Shown here: piece by piece, positions 1-10,545 of the stretch
Layout: each line of letters begins with the position of its first letter
Position numbering within the stretch: position 1 is the stretch's first letter
NCBI GenBank assembly: GCA_965206285.1
Contig: OZ242205.1
Span: forward strand, 4,255,887 to 4,319,886
Direction: 5' to 3'
Source: Vicinamibacterales bacterium
Lineage (GTDB): Bacteria > Acidobacteriota > Vicinamibacteria > Vicinamibacterales > UBA8438
DNA: 64,000 nt
Program-made: the position numbers and the translations under genes
Notes under the pieces: generated by a model
Told to the model about the DNA's origin: nothing
The model's input: the letters and a program-made list of their open reading frames with translations, nothing else
The model's database searches: none

Positions 1-1168
1 AGTGCAGGTAGTGGCCCGGATAGGCCTCGTGCGCCGACACCGACCAGAGGGTGGCGAAGTTCAGGTCGCGCAGATGCTGTTCCCGGCGTTCCACCGGCCA
101 GGCCGGATCGACGTCGGTCACGTAGTAGTAGCACGACAGGGCCTTCGGCTCGAACGGCCCGGGGGGCCAGACGCCGGCCTGGGTCCAGCGCAGGAAACCG
201 GGGGTCGACGCCACCACAATCGATCGATCGTCGGGCACCGAGACCAGGGCGTTCCGTTCGATGAACGATACGAGGTCCGTGAGCTGGTCGTGCACCGTCT
301 GCACCAGCGTCCCCGGCTCCGGGTGCCGCGCCTTGATCTGGCGCCAGACATCGGCCGGCTCCGCCCTGGGGTCGATTCGGGCCGCGACCTCGCAGAACCG
401 GCTCTGCTGCCGGACGAGCTCCCGTTCCCCGATCGCCAGCAGCTCCGCGGCTCCCAGGCCGATTCCCTCGCGGTGGCGCAGCCGGCCGTTGAACCGTTCC
501 TGCCCCAATCGAAACGTCGCGCGACTTCGGGGGGCCTGGGTGCCGCGCAGATAGCCAGTGTAGCGGCCGATCGCCTCCGTCGCCTCGGTGGCGGCATCGG
601 CCAGATCGCCGAGCAGGTGCAGGTCTTCGAGCCGTCTGAAGGCCCGCGGGAGATCGCGTTCGATGAACGTGACCACGCCGTCGAACATCTCCGCCCCGGT
701 CTTGATGAAGATGCCCGGCGGGTCTTCCACGTTGGCGGCGGCCGCCTCGAGGAATCGCGGCGTCTGCCGGAGCTTGGACACCACGCGGCGGGCCCGTTCC
801 TCGACCGGCGCATGCTCGAAGAGGGCCTGCCCGGCCAGCGACGTGGACAGCAGATCGGCGTAGTGCCGCGGGTCGCGCTCCCACGGCCGGACTTCCTCGA
901 GCTCGAACAGCCGGCCGCGGATGTGGTCGGCCAGCATGCGCCGCTCGAGCTGCTCCTCGGCCGTCAGGCTGCGGGTGGTGATGCGGTCGAGCCGCCGCGC
1001 GAACCCCCCGAGCTCGCGCCCCTGGGCGTCGACGGCCGCGCGGGACAGGTCCTCGAGACGGTCATCGTGAGCATGCATCCCGTCGCCGGACGCAGCACTA
1101 GGAGCGTTCTCGTAGAGAAACCCCAGATACTCGTCGATAAAGTGCGACAGCGGCTCCGAAGTGTACAT
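1..1168 (-). CDS. DUF885 family protein (3' end outside the window)
   Basis: Manual minus-strand translation from ATG at 1168 (MYTSEPLSHFIDEYLGFLY...) stays open to the window edge and ends in the HEAYPGHYLH motif typical of DUF885. Absent from the ORF track because there is no stop in the window. Confidence 0.85.
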   Translation of the reverse strand, partial: MYTSEPLSHFIDEYLGFLYENAPSAASGDGMHAHDDRLEDLSRAAVDAQGRELGGFARRLDRITTRSLTAEEQLERRMLADHIRGRLFELEEVRPWERDPRHYADLLSTSLAGQALFEHAPVEERARRVVSKLRQTPRFLEAAAANVEDPPGIFIKTGAEMFDGVVTFIERDLPRAFRRLEDLHLLGDLADAATEATEAIGRYTGYLRGTQAPRSRATFRLGQERFNGRLRHREGIGLGAAELLAIGERELVRQQSRFCEVAARIDPRAEPADVWRQIKARHPEPGTLVQTVHDQLTDLVSFIERNALVSVPDDRSIVVASTPGFLRWTQAGVWPPGPFEPKALSCYYYVTDVDPAWPVERREQHLRDLNFATLWSVSAHEAYPGHYLH

Positions 1169-1495
1169 GGGTGTCGGCGCGAGCGCTACGTGGCCGGACG
1201 CGTGCCGCCTGGCTCAGGCTGGTAAAACGGCGGACCCTTGAATGTTACAATATCGCACGATTCCGTTTAAATCTGCGCTCTGTATCTGGTCGTGACCGGG
1301 CGTGCCCGCACGCGACGCGCCCGCAGGGCAGGGCGGCCGGCGGCGGCCTGATCCCTTATCATCCGGACGGCAGTGGAGTGACCAGTCTCGACATCGGGCG
1401 GCCCGCGGACTCGGAGCCATCGCCCTACGGCAAGGTGCCGGATGCCAAGCGGCGGCATGGACAACGTTCCCGCAAGCGTCATCGACGGTTCCGGC

Positions 1496-2332
1496 ATGCC
1501 CGGCACGCTCTATCTCGTGGCGACGCCCATCGGGAATCTCGAGGACTTCACGTTTCGGGCGGTCCGCATCCTCAAGGAGGTGCGGTTGATCGCCGCCGAG
1601 GATACGCGCCGCACCGCCAAGTTGTTGCGGCACTACGGGATCGCGACGCCCGCCACCAGCCTGCACGACCACAACGAGCGCCAGCGGACGCCGGGTCTGG
1701 TCAAGCGCCTGCTCGACGGCGATTCGATCGCCCTGCTGTCCGACGCGGGCACCCCGCTGGTCTCGGATCCAGGGTTCAATCTGGTACGTCAATCTCTTGA
1801 CGCCCGGATTCGCGTCACCGCCCTTCCCGGCCCCTCGGCGGTCACCGCGGCCCTCATCTCCTGCGGCGCTCCGGTCCAGAGCTTCACCTTCCTCGGCTTC
1901 CCGCCCCGCCGGCTCAACGACAGAAGACGATGGTGCGACGACCTGGCTCGCGAGCCTCCAACCCTGGTGTTCTTCGAAGCCCCCCATCGGCTCGCCGCCA
2001 CCCTCGAGCTCCTCGAAGAGCGCCTCGGCGAGCGAACCGTCGCGCTGTGCCGGGAGCTGACCAAGCTGCACGAGAGCACCGTCGTCGGATCGGTGTCGTC
2101 GCTGCTCGAGTCGCTCGGGACGCCGCGCGGGGAGTACACCTGCGTCGTCTGGCCCGCCGGCGACGACGGCGACGTTCCCCGGCCCCCGGACGGGCAGGCG
2201 CTGATCGACGAGCTCGATCGACTGGCGGACGAGCGCGGTTCACGCCGCGGCGCCGTGAAGACCATGGCCGACCAGTACGGCCTCACCGCCCGGGCGATGT
2301 ATCGGGCGATCGAAGCGGCCAAGCACGAATAG
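1496..2332 (+). CDS. rsmI: 16S rRNA (cytidine1402-2'-O)-methyltransferase
   Basis: GTLYLVATPIGNLED, AAEDTRRT, SDAGTPLVSDPG and CRELTKLHE motifs; start taken at ATG 1496. Confidence 0.95.
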   Translation: MPGTLYLVATPIGNLEDFTFRAVRILKEVRLIAAEDTRRTAKLLRHYGIATPATSLHDHNERQRTPGLVKRLLDGDSIALLSDAGTPLVSDPGFNLVRQSLDARIRVTALPGPSAVTAALISCGAPVQSFTFLGFPPRRLNDRRRWCDDLAREPPTLVFFEAPHRLAATLELLEERLGERTVALCRELTKLHESTVVGSVSSLLESLGTPRGEYTCVVWPAGDDGDVPRPPDGQALIDELDRLADERGSRRGAVKTMADQYGLTARAMYRAIEAAKHE

Positions 2333-2368
2333 GCCCGTGTGCTCCGGTTCGATTACACTGGGGGCGCG

Positions 2369-3766
2369 GTGCCGACTCACGTCATCATCCTTGCCGCCGG
2401 CCGCGGCACCCGCATGCGGTCGGCCCGGCCCAAGGTGCTGCACCGCCTCGCCGGCCTGCCCCTGATCGAGCATGTCGTGCGCGCGGCCGACCGCCTGCGG
2501 CCGGGGCGCCTGGGTCTCGTGGTCGGCCATCAGGCGGAGCGCGTCGAGGCCGCCCTCTCCCACCGGGCGCCGCTGGCCTTCGCGCGCCAGGACGAGCAGC
2601 GCGGCACCGGGCATGCGCTGCAGCAGGCGGAACCTCTCTTCGCGGGGGTGGGAGGCACCCTCGTCGTGCTGTCCGGCGACGTGCCGCTGATTCACCCCGA
2701 CACCTTGGAGCGGCTCGTCCGCGCCCACGAGGGAGCGAACGCCGCGATGACGGTGCTGACCGCGACCGTGCCCCGCCCATACGGCTACGGGCGCATCGTC
2801 CGGGCGGACGGACGTCTCGCCCGCATCGTCGAGGAACGAGACGCCTCGGCGTCACAACGGCGGTTGAAGGAGATCAACAGCGGCATCTACGCCCTCGACC
2901 TGCCGCCGCTCTTCGATGCGATCCGGGAGATTCCGCCCGCCGGAGCCTCGAACGAGATCTACCTGCCGGACCTGGTGCGGATCTACCGGGGGCGCGGGCT
3001 GCCGGTGGAAACGGCGGAAGTGGCGGATCCGGACGAGGTGCGCGGCATCAACAGCCAGACGGAGCTGGCGGAGGTCAAGCGAATCGTGCGACAGACGAGG
3101 AACGAAGAGCTGATGGCGGCCGGCGTCACCATCGAGGACCCGGCGACGACCTACGTCGACATGGACGTCACCGTCGGATCCGACACCGTCATCCACCCCG
3201 GCGTCTTCCTGCAGGGACGCACGAGCGTCGGGGCGCGGTGCGAGCTGCACGCCGGGGTGCGCATCGTCGACTCCACGATCGGTGACGACGTGACCGTGCG
3301 CAACCACTGCGTCATCCAGGGGGCCACGCTGGCCCACCGCGTCCAGGTGGGGCCGTTCGCCCACCTGCGCCCCGGGGCGGTGATCGGCGAAGCGGCGAAG
3401 GTCGGCAACTTCGTGGAGATCAAGGAATCGTCGCTGGGCCAGGGATCGAAGGCGAACCACCTGAGCTATCTCGGCGACGCCACGATCGGCGAGGGGGTCA
3501 ACGTCGGCGCGGGTACGATCACGTGCAACTACGACGGGAAGCGGAAGCACGCGACGACGGTCGGCGACCGGGTGTTCATCGGCAGCGGCACCCAGCTCGT
3601 CGCGCCGGTGACCCTCGGCGACGACGCCTACGTGGGCGCCGGATCCTGCGTCACCGACGACATTCCCGCCGGAGCGCTGGCGGTGGCCCGCAGCCGGCAG
3701 GTCGTCAAGGACGGATGGAACGGCCGGCAGAAGGGCGAAGGGGGCGACGGGTCGACCGACTCCTGA
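2369..3766 (+). CDS. glmU: bifunctional UDP-GlcNAc pyrophosphorylase / glucosamine-1-P acetyltransferase
   Basis: [11 protein letters not shown], hexapeptide repeats, [20 protein letters not shown]. Confidence 0.97.
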   Translation: MPTHVIILAAGRGTRMRSARPKVLHRLAGLPLIEHVVRAADRLRPGRLGLVVGHQAERVEAALSHRAPLAFARQDEQRGTGHALQQAEPLFAGVGGTLVVLSGDVPLIHPDTLERLVRAHEGANAAMTVLTATVPRPYGYGRIVRADGRLARIVEERDASASQRRLKEINSGIYALDLPPLFDAIREIPPAGASNEIYLPDLVRIYRGRGLPVETAEVADPDEVRGINSQTELAEVKRIVRQTRNEELMAAGVTIEDPATTYVDMDVTVGSDTVIHPGVFLQGRTSVGARCELHAGVRIVDSTIGDDVTVRNHCVIQGATLAHRVQVGPFAHLRPGAVIGEAAKVGNFVEIKESSLGQGSKANHLSYLGDATIGEGVNVGAGTITCNYDGKRKHATTVGDRVFIGSGTQLVAPVTLGDDAYVGAGSCVTDDIPAGALAVARSRQVVKDGWNGRQKGEGGDGSTDS

Positions 3767-3774
3767 ACCGCGAC

Positions 3775-5619
3775 ATGTGTGGAATCATCGGCTACATCGG
3801 GCGCAAGCCGGTCGTGCCGGTCCTCATCGAGGGGCTCCGGCGGCTGGAGTACCGCGGCTACGATTCGGCGGGGGTGGCCCTCGTCCGCGGGAACACCGTC
3901 GAGCTTCGGCGCAGCGCCGGCAAGCTGGACCGTCTGGTCGAAGCCCTCGAGAACGATCCGGTCGACGGCGACTACGGCCTCGGCCACACGCGGTGGGCGA
4001 CGCACGGCCGGCCCACCGAGGAGAACGCGCACCCCCACCGGGACTGCACCGGGCGCATCGTCGTCGTGCACAACGGCATCATCGAGAACTACCTGGAGCT
4101 GAAGCACGCGCTCGAGGCCGAGGGCCACCGGTTCGCGACGGAGACCGACACCGAGGTCGTCGCCCATCTCGTCGAGTGCGAATGGCGCGGGGACGGGCTC
4201 GAGGCGGCGGTCCGCCGGGCCCTCGCGCGGATACGCGGGCTGTTTGCGCTGGTGCTGCTGGCGACCGACGATCCGCAGAAGCTGGTGGCGGTTCGCCAGG
4301 GTCCGCCGATTCTGGTGGTCGAGGGCGACGGAGGTTGTCTCGTCGCGTCGGACGTCCCCGCGATTCTCAGCCACAGCCGGGACGTCGTGTTTCTCGGCAA
4401 CCGCGAGATGGCCGTCATCACCCCCGGCGGCGTGACCTATACCGATTTCACGGGCGCGCCGGTCACCACCGCCACCCAGCGCATCAACTGGGACCCGGTG
4501 ATGGCGGAGAAGGCCGGCTACCGGCACTTCATGCTGAAGGAGATCTTCGAGCAGCCGTGGGCGGCCCGCGAAACGGTGCTCGGGCGCACCTCGCTGGAGT
4601 CCGGCCAGGTCTTCCTCGGCGAGCTGGACATCCCGATCGAACGGCTCCGGGCCGTCACCCGCGTGGTCATCCTGGCCTGCGGTACGTCCTGGCACGCCGC
4701 CCTCGTGGGCAAGTTCCTGATCGAGCGGCTCGCGACGGTGCCGGTGGAGGTGGACTACGGTTCCGAGTACCGGTACCGGGACCCCATCGTGACGCCGACG
4801 ACGCTCACGGTGGTCATCACGCAGTCCGGCGAGACCGCCGATACGCTCGCCGCGCTTCGCGAGGCCCGCGACCGCGGCGCCGCGACCATCGCCATCTGCA
4901 ACGTCGTCGGCAGCATGGCCACCCGCGAGGCCGATTTCACCGTCTACACCCACGCCGGACCGGAGATCGGGGTCGCGTCGACCAAGGCGTTCACCTCGCA
5001 GCTCGTGGCCCTGCATCTGCTGGCCCTCTATCTGGCCCAGATCCGCGAGACGCTTCCGGCAGAGGCCGCGCGCCGGCACCTGGAAGACCTGGATCACCTG
5101 CCGCGCTGGCTCGAGCAGACCCTGCAATGCGAGGACGCCGTGAAGTCGGTGGCGCAACGGTTCCACCAGCACCGGAGCTTCCTGTATCTCGGGCGCGGCA
5201 TCAACTATCCGATCGCCCTGGAGGGCGCGCTGAAGCTCAAGGAAATCTCCTACATCCACGCCGAGGGATACCCGGCGGGCGAGATGAAGCACGGCCCGAT
5301 CGCCCTCGTCGACGAGCAGATGCCGGTCGTGACCCTGCTCCCGGACGGCTCCGTCTTCGAGAAGATGGCGTCCAACCTGCAGCAGGTCAAGGCGCGCGGC
5401 GGCCCGATCATCGCGGTGGCCGACGACCGCCCGCGGGACCTCGGGGCCTTGATAGATTCGAGTCTGGACGCACTCGTCACCGTACCGGCGACACCCCCGC
5501 TGATCACGCCGATCGTCATGGTGATTCCGCTTCAACTGCTGGCGTACCACATCGCCGTCCGTCGCGGCTGCGACGTCGACCAGCCGCGCAATCTCGCCAA
5601 GAGCGTAACGGTGGAGTGA
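3775..5619 (+). CDS. glmS: glutamine-fructose-6-phosphate transaminase
   Basis: MCGIIG N-terminus, [19 protein letters not shown]-terminal [11 protein letters not shown]. Confidence 0.98.
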   Translation: MCGIIGYIGRKPVVPVLIEGLRRLEYRGYDSAGVALVRGNTVELRRSAGKLDRLVEALENDPVDGDYGLGHTRWATHGRPTEENAHPHRDCTGRIVVVHNGIIENYLELKHALEAEGHRFATETDTEVVAHLVECEWRGDGLEAAVRRALARIRGLFALVLLATDDPQKLVAVRQGPPILVVEGDGGCLVASDVPAILSHSRDVVFLGNREMAVITPGGVTYTDFTGAPVTTATQRINWDPVMAEKAGYRHFMLKEIFEQPWAARETVLGRTSLESGQVFLGELDIPIERLRAVTRVVILACGTSWHAALVGKFLIERLATVPVEVDYGSEYRYRDPIVTPTTLTVVITQSGETADTLAALREARDRGAATIAICNVVGSMATREADFTVYTHAGPEIGVASTKAFTSQLVALHLLALYLAQIRETLPAEAARRHLEDLDHLPRWLEQTLQCEDAVKSVAQRFHQHRSFLYLGRGINYPIALEGALKLKEISYIHAEGYPAGEMKHGPIALVDEQMPVVTLLPDGSVFEKMASNLQQVKARGGPIIAVADDRPRDLGALIDSSLDALVTVPATPPLITPIVMVIPLQLLAYHIAVRRGCDVDQPRNLAKSVTVE

Positions 5620-5691
5620 CCCGAACGGCTGCCGTCGCGCGAATCCTGTAGCATTCTGATGCCTGCCCCTCTCGAAGCTCGCCCTCGATCC

Positions 5692-7953
5692 ATGGAATTC
5701 CTCTCCCAGCTGAACCCCGAGCAGAGACAGGCGGTGCTGCACACGGAAGGACCGCTCCTGATTCTGGCGGGGGCCGGATCCGGGAAGACCCGGGTCATCG
5801 CGTCTCGCGCCGCCTACCTGATCGCCGAGGGCCATGCCGAGCCGGACCGGCTTCTCGCCGTCACCTTCACGAACAAGGCGGCGGAGGAGATGCGGGGGCG
5901 GGTGGAGCGGCTGGTGGACACCGGGGACCGCCGCCTGTGGATCTCCACGTTCCACGCCCTCTGCGCGCGGGTGCTGCGCCGGGAGGGCGGAGTCGGGCTC
6001 ACCCGCGATTTCGTGATCTACGACTCGTCCGATCAGTTGGCGGTGGTGCGTCAGATCCTCCGCGACCTCAATATCGACGACAAGCTGCTGCCGCCCCGGC
6101 AGGCTCTCAGCGCCATCAGCCGCGCGAAGAACCAGATGGTGCCGCCCGGGGAGCTGCAGCAGGAGAGCTGGAGCGCGCGGGGCGAGCTGGTCGTCAAGGT
6201 GTACGAGGGGTACCGGCGCGCCCTCGGCCGCGCCAACGCCCTCGACTTCGACGACCTCCTGCTGCGGACGAAGGAGCTGCTCGAAACCGCCGCGCCGGTC
6301 CGGCGCCGCTACACGGAGCGTTTCCGGTTCGTCATGGTGGACGAGTATCAGGACACCAACGCGCCGCAGTACCGTCTCATCCGGCTCTTGACCGACGAGC
6401 ACCGCAACCTGTGCGTCGTGGGCGATCCCGACCAGTCGATCTACAAGTGGCGCGGCGCGGACCTGCGCAACATCCTGGACTTCGAGCGGGATTTCCCCGA
6501 TGCCACGGTCGTCCGTCTCGAACGGAACTACCGCTCGACCCAGGTCATTCTCGACGCGGCCGGCGCGGTCATCCGGCAGAACCGGAACCGCCCGGAGAAG
6601 CGGCTGTGGACCGACCGCACCGGGGGCGCCCTCATCCGGTGCTTCCGGGGCGGTGACGATCTGGAGGAGGCCGATTTCGTCACCGCGCGTCTCCGCGAGG
6701 CGCTGGCCGGAAACGAGACCCCGATCGGCGTGCTCTACCGCACCAACGCCCAGTCCCGCGCGCTCGAGGATGCGCTGATTCGGGAGGGGATCGCCTACAA
6801 GATCGTCGGCAGCGTCCGATTCTACGAGCGCCGGGAAATCAAGGACGCGCTCGCCTATCTCCGGCTCCTCATCAACCCCGACGACGACGTGAGCCTGCGC
6901 CGGGTCATCAACACGCCGGCGCGGGGCATCGGCAAGGGGGTGATGACCTCCCTCGATGCGCTGGCGCCCGGACCGGCCGACGCGGGACCGCTCTTCTCTG
7001 GGGCCGCCCTCAGCACCGGGGCGACCGGCTCGCTCTGGCAGCGTCTGAATCGCGCCGTTGACGACGCGCTGGTGTCCACGCGGGCGATCACCGTCCTGCG
7101 GCGGTTCCGGGACCTGATGGGCGTCCTCCGCGCCATCGCGGCGCGCGAGCCGGTGTCCGACGTCCTCGGCAAGCTGCTCGACCAGAGCGGATACCTGCGA
7201 GACCTCCGTGACCAGCACACGGAGGAGGCCGACGGGCGTCTCGAGAACCTGATGGAGCTCGTCTCGGCGGCGCGCGACTACGAGATCCGCGATCCGGAAG
7301 CGTCCCTGAACGGCTTCGTCGATCGGCTGTCGCTGCTGTCGGAAACCGACGAGGAGAAGGGCTCCGAGAACGCCCGCATCTGGCTCATGACCCTCCACGC
7401 GGCGAAGGGGCTCGAGTTTCCGGTCGTGTTCATCGTCGGCCTCGAGGAGGGGCTCTTTCCCCACATGCGGTCCCGCGGCGACGACGACGCGCTCGAGGAA
7501 GAGCGCCGGCTGTGCTACGTGGGGATGACCCGGGCCCAGACCCGGCTCGTGCTCACCAGCGCCGCCCGGCGCCGCGTCTTCGGCGAGTACAAGGCGTCGG
7601 AGCCCTCCCGCTTCCTCGGCGAGATCCCGGCCCGGCTGCTGGACCCCGTGGAGCCGGTCTTCTCGACCCCGGCGCCGGCCCCGACGAGGTTCGGCCGGGC
7701 GTTCGGCGGGCGGCGGGGCCGGGCGCCGGGCGCCGGCGAGCAGATCCAGCCGGACTACGGCTACGCGTACGAAGACGAGGACCAGTCGGTGATCAGCGTC
7801 GCGCCGGGCACGCGCGTCCGGCACCCGACGTTCGGCGTGGGCACCATCCTCTCGGTGGAACCGCTGACCGACGACATGAAGCTGACGGTCAGCTTCAACG
7901 ACATCGGGCGCAAGACGCTCCGCGCCCGTTTCGCGAAGCTCACCCTGGCCTGA
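5692..7953 (+). CDS. pcrA: ATP-dependent DNA helicase PcrA/UvrD
   Basis: LAGAGSGKT, VDEYQDTN, LERNYRST, TLHAAKGLEF, EERRLCYVGMTRA and a C-terminal Tudor-like RVRHPTFGVG. Confidence 0.93.
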   Translation: MEFLSQLNPEQRQAVLHTEGPLLILAGAGSGKTRVIASRAAYLIAEGHAEPDRLLAVTFTNKAAEEMRGRVERLVDTGDRRLWISTFHALCARVLRREGGVGLTRDFVIYDSSDQLAVVRQILRDLNIDDKLLPPRQALSAISRAKNQMVPPGELQQESWSARGELVVKVYEGYRRALGRANALDFDDLLLRTKELLETAAPVRRRYTERFRFVMVDEYQDTNAPQYRLIRLLTDEHRNLCVVGDPDQSIYKWRGADLRNILDFERDFPDATVVRLERNYRSTQVILDAAGAVIRQNRNRPEKRLWTDRTGGALIRCFRGGDDLEEADFVTARLREALAGNETPIGVLYRTNAQSRALEDALIREGIAYKIVGSVRFYERREIKDALAYLRLLINPDDDVSLRRVINTPARGIGKGVMTSLDALAPGPADAGPLFSGAALSTGATGSLWQRLNRAVDDALVSTRAITVLRRFRDLMGVLRAIAAREPVSDVLGKLLDQSGYLRDLRDQHTEEADGRLENLMELVSAARDYEIRDPEASLNGFVDRLSLLSETDEEKGSENARIWLMTLHAAKGLEFPVVFIVGLEEGLFPHMRSRGDDDALEEERRLCYVGMTRAQTRLVLTSAARRRVFGEYKASEPSRFLGEIPARLLDPVEPVFSTPAPAPTRFGRAFGGRRGRAPGAGEQIQPDYGYAYEDEDQSVISVAPGTRVRHPTFGVGTILSVEPLTDDMKLTVSFNDIGRKTLRARFAKLTLA

Positions 7954-8013
7954 CCCGGACCGGGGTGGTGTCGCCGGGGACAGGATCGCCGGGCTCGGAT
8001 ACAATGCGGTTCA

Positions 8014-8517
8014 GTGCGGAAACTGTCGGTGTTCGTGATGCTGTTCGCCGTCTGGCTGGTGCTGTCGGGGCATTTCGACCCCCTCCATCTCGCCTTCGGC
8101 CTCGTCTGCTCCGCCCTCGTGGCGCAGTGTTCTTCCGGGCTGCTGCTCACGGACAAGCCGTCGCTGCATCTCCTCGCCGCGACGTGGGGAGCGGTGCGGT
8201 TTCTGCCCTGGCTGCTGTACGAGATCATCGTCGCCAACCTGCACCTGGTCTATCTGGTGTGCCGGCCGCAGCGGCTCCGCCCGCAGATCGTCCGCTTCCG
8301 GACCCAACTGCGGGGTGACGTGGCCAAGGTGTTCCTGGGCAACGCGATCACCCTGACGCCGGGGACCATCACCCTGGACATCGAGGGCGACGAGTTCATC
8401 GTGCACGCGGTCAGCGACGTGTCGGCGGCGAGCCTGCGGACCGGCGAGATGGAACGGCGCATCGGCCGGGCGTTGAACCAGCCGGCAGGGACGCCGCCCG
8501 ACGGGAGCGGCGTCTGA
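8014..8517 (+). CDS. mrpE: Na+/H+ antiporter subunit E
   Basis: Hydrophobic N-terminus, GNAITLTPGTIT motif, VHA. Confidence 0.9.
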   Translation: MRKLSVFVMLFAVWLVLSGHFDPLHLAFGLVCSALVAQCSSGLLLTDKPSLHLLAATWGAVRFLPWLLYEIIVANLHLVYLVCRPQRLRPQIVRFRTQLRGDVAKVFLGNAITLTPGTITLDIEGDEFIVHAVSDVSAASLRTGEMERRIGRALNQPAGTPPDGSGV

Positions 8518-8536
8518 CCGGTCGCCCGCAATCCCC

Positions 8537-8827
8537 ATGCCCTCCACGTTCTTCCTCGGTGCGTCGCTCGTCATTCTCGCCGCGGTGACGGTGTCGCTGT
8601 ACCGCGTCATTCGCGGACCGAGCATCATCGACCGCATCGTGGGGGTCAACGTCATCGGCACCAAGACCATCGCGGTGATCGTGCTGATCGGGCATCTGTT
8701 CGGCCGCGTCGAGTTCTTCGTCGACATCGCGTTGCTGTACGCCCTGATCAACTTCGTGGGCGCGCTCGCCCTGTCGCGGTACTTCGAGCGCAAGGGCGTG
8801 GACGTGACGAGGGAGCGGGTTCGATGA
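8537..8827 (+). CDS. mrpF: Na+/H+ antiporter subunit F
   Basis: YRVIRGPSIIDRIV, DIALLYALINF. Confidence 0.9.
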   Translation: MPSTFFLGASLVILAAVTVSLYRVIRGPSIIDRIVGVNVIGTKTIAVIVLIGHLFGRVEFFVDIALLYALINFVGALALSRYFERKGVDVTRERVR

Positions 8828-9126
8828 CCATCGTGGGCATGGTGCTGATCTGCGGCGGCGTGTTCTTCCTGCTGACGGGGGCGGTCGGCCTGATCCGGTT
8901 CCCCGACATCTACACCCGGATGCACGCCGCGGGAAAATGCGACACGCTGGGAAGCCTGCTCGTGCTGACCGGTCTGGCGTGCCACGACGGCTTCGTCCTG
9001 GCCAGCGCCAAGCTGCTGATCGTGGCCCTCTTCATCCTCATCACGAGCCCAACCGCCACCCACGCGATTGCCCGGGCCGCCAGGCGGAGCGGCATCGAGG
9101 CGTGGACCAGCGAGGGGGATCGATGA
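8824..9126 (+). CDS. mrpG: Na+/H+ antiporter subunit G
   Basis: GLIRFPDIYTRMHAAGKCDTLG, TSPTATHAIA. Confidence 0.9.
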   Translation: MTIVGMVLICGGVFFLLTGAVGLIRFPDIYTRMHAAGKCDTLGSLLVLTGLACHDGFVLASAKLLIVALFILITSPTATHAIARAARRSGIEAWTSEGDR

Positions 9127-9368
9127 TCTGGTCGCTGGACCTCGTGCTGCTGGTTCTGTCGGTGGCGTGCGCGGTGGCCGCGGTGCAGGTCAGGGACCTC
9201 CTCGCGTCGGTGGTGCTGCTGGCCGCCTTCAGCCTCTTCATGTGTCTGCTGTGGACCGAGATGGGCGCGGTCGACGTGGCGTTCACGGAGGCCGCGGTGG
9301 GCGCCGGCGTCACCACCGTGTTCTTCGTAATCACCGTCTTCAAGACGGATCGGGTGAGCAGGGATTGA
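9123..9368 (+). CDS. DUF4040 / MbhD-like antiporter small subunit
   Basis: ATG 9123 overlaps the mrpG stop; GAVDVAFTEAAVGAG motif. Confidence 0.85.
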   Translation: MIWSLDLVLLVLSVACAVAAVQVRDLLASVVLLAAFSLFMCLLWTEMGAVDVAFTEAAVGAGVTTVFFVITVFKTDRVSRD

Positions 9369-9649
9369 AGCTTCTGCACCTCGTCGCCACCACCGTGACC
9401 GGACTCCTGCTGATCATGGGGTCGCTGGACCTCGCCGAGACCGGCGATCCGGCGGCGCCGGCCGCCACCCATGTCTCCCCCCGCTACATCGAGTCCGGGC
9501 TCGAGGAAACGGGGGTGGCCAACATGGTGACGGCGGTGCTCGCCGACTACCGCAGCTTCGATACGCTGGGCGAGGTCACCGTGATCTTCACCGGGGCCAT
9601 GGCGGTGCTGCTGATTCTGCGGACCGGTCTGCAGGAGGACGAAGAGTGA
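9365..9649 (+). CDS. MbhE-like antiporter subunit
   Basis: TTG overlaps the previous stop; NMVTAVLADYRSFDTLGEVTV motif. Confidence 0.85.
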   Translation: MKLLHLVATTVTGLLLIMGSLDLAETGDPAAPAATHVSPRYIESGLEETGVANMVTAVLADYRSFDTLGEVTVIFTGAMAVLLILRTGLQEDEE

Positions 9650-10068
9650 CCCTCCCTCCGGAGCAGCCGCCGGACGTCATCATCAAGGTCGTGTGCCGAA
9701 GCCTGGTGCCGTTCATCCAGCTCTTCGGGCTCTATGTGATCATGCATGGGCACAGCAGTCCCGGCGGCGGATTCCAGGGCGGGGTGACGCTGGCGGCCAG
9801 CTTCATCCTGCTGGTGCTGGCCGAGGATCGGGCAACGCTGCGGCCCCACCTCTCGCTGGCCGTGCTGAACGCCTCTACGAGCGCCGGCGTGCTGCTCTAC
9901 GCCGGTCTCGGAGTGGTCTGTCTGGCCCTGGGCGCCAACTACCTCGACTACGGCCTGCTCCCGTTCGCGGAGCCGCGCAGCACCGGCATGCTCGTCATCG
10001 AGATCGGGGTGGGAATCACGGTGATGGCGGCGATGCTCTCCATCTTCCGGGACCTGCTGGAGTTCTGA
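9646..10068 (+). CDS. mrpB: Na+/H+ antiporter subunit B (MnhB)
   Basis: HGHSSPGGGFQGG motif, IEIGVG. Confidence 0.88.
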   Translation: MTLPPEQPPDVIIKVVCRSLVPFIQLFGLYVIMHGHSSPGGGFQGGVTLAASFILLVLAEDRATLRPHLSLAVLNASTSAGVLLYAGLGVVCLALGANYLDYGLLPFAEPRSTGMLVIEIGVGITVMAAMLSIFRDLLEF

Positions 10069-10503
10069 TGGCAATTCTCGACGGCGCAGTCGTCCGGGCA
10101 CGGTCTGGTCCCGGTGCTCTCGGTGCTGGTGGTCCTGGCCGGCGCGGCGCTGGCGTGGCTGGTGTACGGACGGCGCGTGATCGCGCCTCGGACCCTTCTG
10201 GAGCGCCATCGCGCGGTGCGGGGGCTCCACCGGTTCTTCTGGAGCCGCTGGGGTATAGATACCCTTCTGACGCGGGTGTTCGTCGACGGCACGAGGCGGG
10301 TAGCCGGGCGCATCGCACGGGACTGGGAGGCGGGGCTCGACGAGGCGGTGCACCGGCGGTGGCCGGGGATGCTCACGGCGCGGATGCAACGCCTGGTGCA
10401 CCACCTCCGCGCCGATACCGAGGAGCTGCTGTACAACGTGTCCTACGTGCTGATTCTGTTCGGCATGCTGCTCGCCTACATGTTCCTGGGCACCACCGGC
10501 TGA
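10069..10503 (+). pseudogene. C-terminal fragment of a NuoL/MrpA-like subunit
   Basis: Frame reads ...HGLVPVLSVLVVLAGAALAWLVYG...LHRFFWSRWGIDTL, resembling the NuoL/MrpA C-terminal TM and lateral helix. The antiporter core is absent and the coupled ATG at 10068 is out of frame. Confidence 0.55.
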
Positions 10504-10545
10504 TGAACCGTTCCCCGGCGGCGGCGCGCGTCTTCTGAGCTCACG

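Noticed and set aside
2-1225. 407-aa plus-strand ORF
   Set aside because: Antisense shadow of the minus-strand DUF885 gene
1355-1460. SAM-I riboswitch-like words upstream of rsmI (CTTATC...GGAGTGAC...CAAGGTGCC)
   Set aside because: Lacks AUCNAGAG, GCAACC and a 3' strand to close P1; a covariance-model search would be needed to rescue it
3628-8004. 1458-aa minus-strand ORF (and similar long ORFs at 16247-18730, 42048-44630, 45244-47907, 51066-53066)
   Set aside because: Stop-poor antisense frames of high-GC genes with no recognisable motifs
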